Origin: Bugula neritina
Lineage: Eukaryota > Animalia > Bryozoa
Reading direction: 5' to 3'
Assembly (NCBI GenBank): GCA_964035545.1
Contig: OZ037765.1
Location: forward strand, 3,916,698 to 3,980,697
DNA: 64,000 nt
In this document: positions 59,583-64,000 of the stretch, in pieces
How the letters are laid out: every line of letters begins with the position of its first letter
How positions within the stretch are numbered: position 1 is the first letter of the stretch
Position numbers and translations under genes: made by a program
Notes under the pieces: generated by a model
Told to the model about the DNA's origin: nothing
The model's database searches: none
What the model saw: only the letters and a program-made list of their open reading frames with translations

Positions 59583-60658
59583 ATGTCTTACGACAACAGA
59601 TCGTGGGGTGAGTTAACTATATCTTAATACGAAACTAGATTGCATCGCTCAGCTCTGACTCACTGAGTCAATCGAGCTGGAGATAGGTTAGTGAAATACC
59701 GTAGTAAGAACTCAGTTTGACTTAGAGATTTTTATAATCTCATTGCAATATGGTTCTATCTGACTATTCACTATCATTAATCTCTACGAGGTAACTGAAT
59801 TAGGAGTTGCCAAGCTGTTCAAGCTGACAACACAGCAGTGTACTGTACTAACACTGTTGAAACTTTTCAGATTACACTCGACCCGCTACAACCAGGGTAC
59901 GGGATAGAACACTTCCCGCTCCGTATCCGGAGGACTATGCTAGTAGTGACCGGCCTGAGCCACTACGCCGCCGTTGGCGGTGGGTGTCTCCACAAACCGA
60001 AGAAGAAATAGAAACAGCCTGGGGGTCCAGAGGACGGACGAGATACCAGATCTGTGGTGAAGATTGCGCCTCTCACCGCTCCCTTAAACTACACGTCAAT
60101 GCTCATCTCCTACTGACCTTCTGCCCCTGCGGGTACAATGATGTGTATCCCTACCCCGTCACCAGACACAGAGCGGCGGGCTGTTTCCCTGGAGAAAACT
60201 ATGTGGTCGACGCTAAGCTGTACCCGGAGTTCCTCACATATATACGACCTCTGGTAAAGAAGGCCATGCTACTAGCCGTTCTATCCTCGGGGTTCCAACG
60301 TGTGTTAGACAACGCCCGCCAACAATCCCCGTTGGTGTCTGACCGCCCTCCAATTACATACACCCCCGAGGAAACTACATATCCAGAAGAAGGAGAGATC
60401 TCCCCTACCCCGGCGAAGAGACGGACCAGGTCCCCCAGTCCACCCTTACGCCGCAGACGGACACCGTCCCCCGACCCGGTACGACTAGCCACAGTAGAAG
60501 AACGCCTCCTACGATTACAAGAAGAGTTCACCCAGCTGGCACCAGACCTACTTAACACTACAACAGGACTCTTCCAGCTCAAGGGATCCGTATGCCGTAT
60601 GAAACGGAAACTGCGTACATGCCAAGCCAAGCACCGGCGTGCCCAACAAGGACTCTAG
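59583..60658 (+). CDS. Retrotransposon ORF3, copy 2 (predicted exons 59583-59607 and 59871-60658); first zinc-finger Cys replaced by Tyr
   Basis: Same donor, branch point and acceptor as copy 1. A 1-nt indel lies in the acceptor pyrimidine tract. The exon 2 frame is open to the same stop. Confidence 0.72.
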
Positions 60659-60948
60659 TTAGACTACTCGGAGTACTCCAACTCTGCCTCTCGGGAGAAG
60701 CCCAGATGTCATGTAAATGTTTGACTGCTTAACAGGTTATCCCCTGTCTAACACCACAGCTAGCTAGTATTCCTCGTCTATCTACAGCTGGCCAATTGTA
60801 TGCAACGGATCGTTATAATGACTCTGTCTATTATTATGTCTCTTCCTGTATCTTATGTATTATTTTGTCCACTGATGTATGCAATTACTATTGAATGTTT
60901 TTTTTATATATATATATCAGAAAGATGGCTTTCTGCTGGTGGGGGCGG

Positions 60949-61254
60949 TGTGGTGGTTCGTGGAACTACCAGCAGCACAACATGTAGGGTCGCGTAATTG
61001 ACCCGGAACAATGGATAGCCAATTAGCGTAGTTGATAGTTAGCAGCAATTGTAGTTTCCCGCTGCTAACTCAGTCGAAGCTAGAGTGTGAAATAGATTAG
61101 ATGTGTAATTTGTTAGAAATAATGTATCGTGTTTTTATAATGTATAGTTGTGTATAAAATATACTCGTTCACTCGACTTAGCCTGGTGCAGTTCTATACT
61201 AGATAAATAGACTCTCTGGATAGCATATCAACCCTAAATCTGGAAATTATAACA
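60949..61254 (+). repeat. 3' LTR, copy 2
   Basis: Direct repeat of 53751-54056, followed by CTAT. Confidence 0.95.
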
Positions 61255-62790
61255 CTATGACTGTGCCCAAACTAGTGGGCGTGGTTTAGCCTAACGCTAC
61301 CTTGGCCCAGTACTCGTTATTTTTATGTTGCGTAGGAATTTAATTCGCGCACGCTCGTAAAAGTTACAGCGTGCCAAATGCATCATTTTTTTAAATAAGA
61401 CCGTCTGCATCCCCTCCCCAAAGCGATTTATTAAGCCTTCGACATTTTCAAAGAAATGCCATCATCATCATGGGCTTATGGTTCGTTAGTTTCGAAAAGG
61501 CATTGAACTAAAACGTCCTTTTCTTTCAATCATCAATGATAGGCTATAGGTTAACAATAACTATTACTTTTGAAAAGTCTTAGCCTATTACTCAGGGCAG
61601 TCTCCGAAAGATAATATTCATTTTCAAAATAATCTTAGTGAAAGGTAGCCAGTTTTGAAAGTAGACAAATTAGAATTAAATGACACTCACACTGGCAAAG
61701 CTTGAAGTTTATAAATAATCAATTAATTCGAGTTTCAAAGTGACTGATACTGGGCAGAAATACAAGTACGCATAAATATTGTAATTAATATTATCATTTA
61801 TTTATAACTTGTATGATATTCATATTGATATTCAACATTTAGATAACGGCTAAAACTAAAAGTAACTCACTCGCTAGGACTCAGTGGGACTAATTATAAT
61901 AGCAAGAGCAAATACTAATGAAGTAATATAATACTTAATACTAATAGTAATACTAATACTATGTTCATAGGCATCCACATACTTATAGTGATAATCATAA
62001 TACTATGAAGTATAGTACTAGTAGTAACACAATAACTTGTGGTTGTAGTTATACACCTACACTTACAGTGAGTGTAATATTAAGTCTAATAGTAATAGTC
62101 ATAGCCCATGGGCATAGCCATCAGTATCACTATGTATTAGACTTAATCTGAAAATAACTAAAACTTAGTATTAGTAATAGTTTTATGGATTAGTCTAACA
62201 CTAACGTGTATTGGACTGAAACTGAAAATGACTACAACTATCACTATTAGTATTAGACTAATCTATATTACTAATACTACTAATACATTTTCAGTTTCAA
62301 TCCAATACATGTTAACATATAGCACTATTACCTATCACCTATGTTAATTTATGGCTGTATTACTATGTAATAGTAATAGTAATATATAGTATATGTAATA
62401 ATTAATTATAATTATGATACAATAGAAAGTCTGCTTGAGCTGAACTTGGATGGTTTTTGTTTCATGTCTGATTTATAGTAAGTGAACGATTATTTATATG
62501 CCTAGTCATTAGTCTTTTACTGAAAATAATATTAAATAATATAATATAGGTACATATAGTTAAATATATATAATACATAGTGATAATATATGAACTATCT
62601 ACTTATCTATTTCTACAGTATATCATTCGGAGCACATTTGAAAATAACAAAGGGGCTGATAGGTTGCAGTGCTTTTACATTTAATGTAATTAGCTTTACT
62701 TTTTTATTCGTGTTGAAAATCTTCATATGTTTTTCTAGGTTGGGTTATAAACTGAGACACTATTGTTAGTGGCTCTAATATTCTGGTGAA

Positions 62791-64000
62791 ATGGTGCTGC
62801 TGAAGTTGCAAGTAGCTGTATTTGTGTTAGCAACTGTTGATGGTGAGTGACTTCTTGATTATTATTTTAGCTGCAGTTCAATAATTTCTAACTGTAGGTT
62901 TGATTAATTGTGCAAATACATATTTTAATGTAGTTGACTGTATTCAGCACAGCATTCTATATATAAAAGCTGATGCTGATGTGAATACTTATGCCAAATA
63001 AACTGCCTTCAATGATAGCCTTACATCACTTACATCATAATTTTGCTGGTTGATAAGACATACAGCTGCCTGTTATAGACATTACTGCTAGTTCCCTATA
63101 ATACAAGAATGTCTCTAACTTCCTCTTACTATTCATTATGTTCTTGTTTGTTTAGTAAATGGCACACTTGATATACCCTTTGTTGAACGTATTTCAGCAT
63201 ACACTCAATCCTTTCATTTGCTAGCTGCAGTATTGTGAGCTGCTCCCTTCATATTGTGTAGTCAATAAAACTGCATTTGATAATTTATTCACTGGAACTA
63301 TTTTAGCAATCTTTTCTTTTTACTTCCCTCTTGAAGTTTCTTCGAGAAATCAGTTCTTTGTTATGGATTATATATGCACTCAAAATTTGAATTTTTTGTG
63401 AAGATGTTAAATGTATTTAATTGACCGCCATTCAAGTATGAGTATTTTTTCTAAGAATAGAGCTCAGTGAAAAGTATGTGATTTGTTAGTTAAATTTATT
63501 CTCACTATAAACAAGCAATTTTGTCATTTGCTATTTGCAGCAACAGTACTACTTCTCTCTTTAAATCTGTTCAAGAACCTAACCATTAAAAGCTTTCTAT
63601 TTAAATTTATTGAAGTAAGAATATTGTCACTTTGATAGCTTAGCCATGTTTGCTGAGAATAGTAGAAACTAGAGAGAAATCTCGATAACTGAATTTAGAG
63701 GTTGACTCCTCAACTTAGGAAAGTCCTTTAGTATTTTGAGTTTCTTAGCTTCTTTGTTGTAAATCCAGGGTAATAATATATTACCATCAGTAAACTAAGA
63801 TCTCCCACACTCTTGTTTTTTGTTTGTCTGGAGAATTCTTATGGAGAAGCATTGTCTATTTGTATTTTTACTATGTTTTATGTTAAACAAAACTTTACCT
63901 TATTGTTCCAATTTTTAGCTTTAACCTGTGACTGGACATCAGGTGTGGGTAGACTAGATCCTTACATAACATCTGGTAGTATAAAGACTCTCTCTGTAAC
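62791..64000 (+). CDS. Tandem paralog of the RPTP gene, 5' part (exons 62791-62842 and 63919 to beyond 64000)
   Basis: MVLLKLQVAVFVLATVD|ALTCDWTSGVGRLDPYITSGSIKTLSV is nearly identical to exons 1-2 of the first RPTP, and intron 1 is alignable. Confidence 0.85.

Larger units (their letters stand above)
53751..61254 (+). mobile_element. Full-length Ty3/Gypsy LTR retrotransposon, copy 2 (7504 bp), intergenic
   Basis: LTRs at 53751-54056 and 60949-61254 (one mismatch, C53911/T61109), TSD CTAT (53747-53750 and 61255-61258), PBS at 54058-54075, PPT before 60949. Confidence 0.97.

Noticed and set aside
53751-61254. Second retrotransposon copy as part of the RPTP tandem duplication or an assembly duplication
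   Set aside because: A different TSD, unrelated flanks, and LTR variants shared within but not between copies show an independent insertion.

Overview
AT-rich, intron-containing genomic DNA from an animal, probably an invertebrate (inferred from gene content and composition). Host genes, left to right: the first coding exon of KLHL18 (-), DCTN5 (+, 2 coding exons), DYNC2I1/WDR60 (-, 22 coding exons, 6004-31299), a 28-exon receptor protein tyrosine phosphatase (RPTP) with PAN/apple and FN3 ectodomains (+, 33165-52361), and the start of a tandem paralog of that RPTP (62791 to window end). Two young, independently inserted copies of one 7.5-kb Ty3/Gypsy LTR retrotransposon (23200-30703, TSD ATAT; 53751-61254, TSD CTAT) each sit just upstream of an RPTP paralog. 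The most novel-looking system is inside this retrotransposon. Besides gag and a -1 frameshifted pol, it carries a third gene in the env position. This gene appears to be spliced and encodes no Env features: it has two zinc fingers, an Arg/Ser-Pro basic tract and a coiled coil, and it differs between copies mostly at synonymous sites. Other notable structure includes a 45-bp tandem array that multiplies the splice donor inside the PTP catalytic motif, a stop-free in-frame (ACT)n intron, a modular Foldback/MULE-type element, MITEs and tRNA-derived SINEs. Exon boundaries and difference counts were read by eye; no database searches were run.
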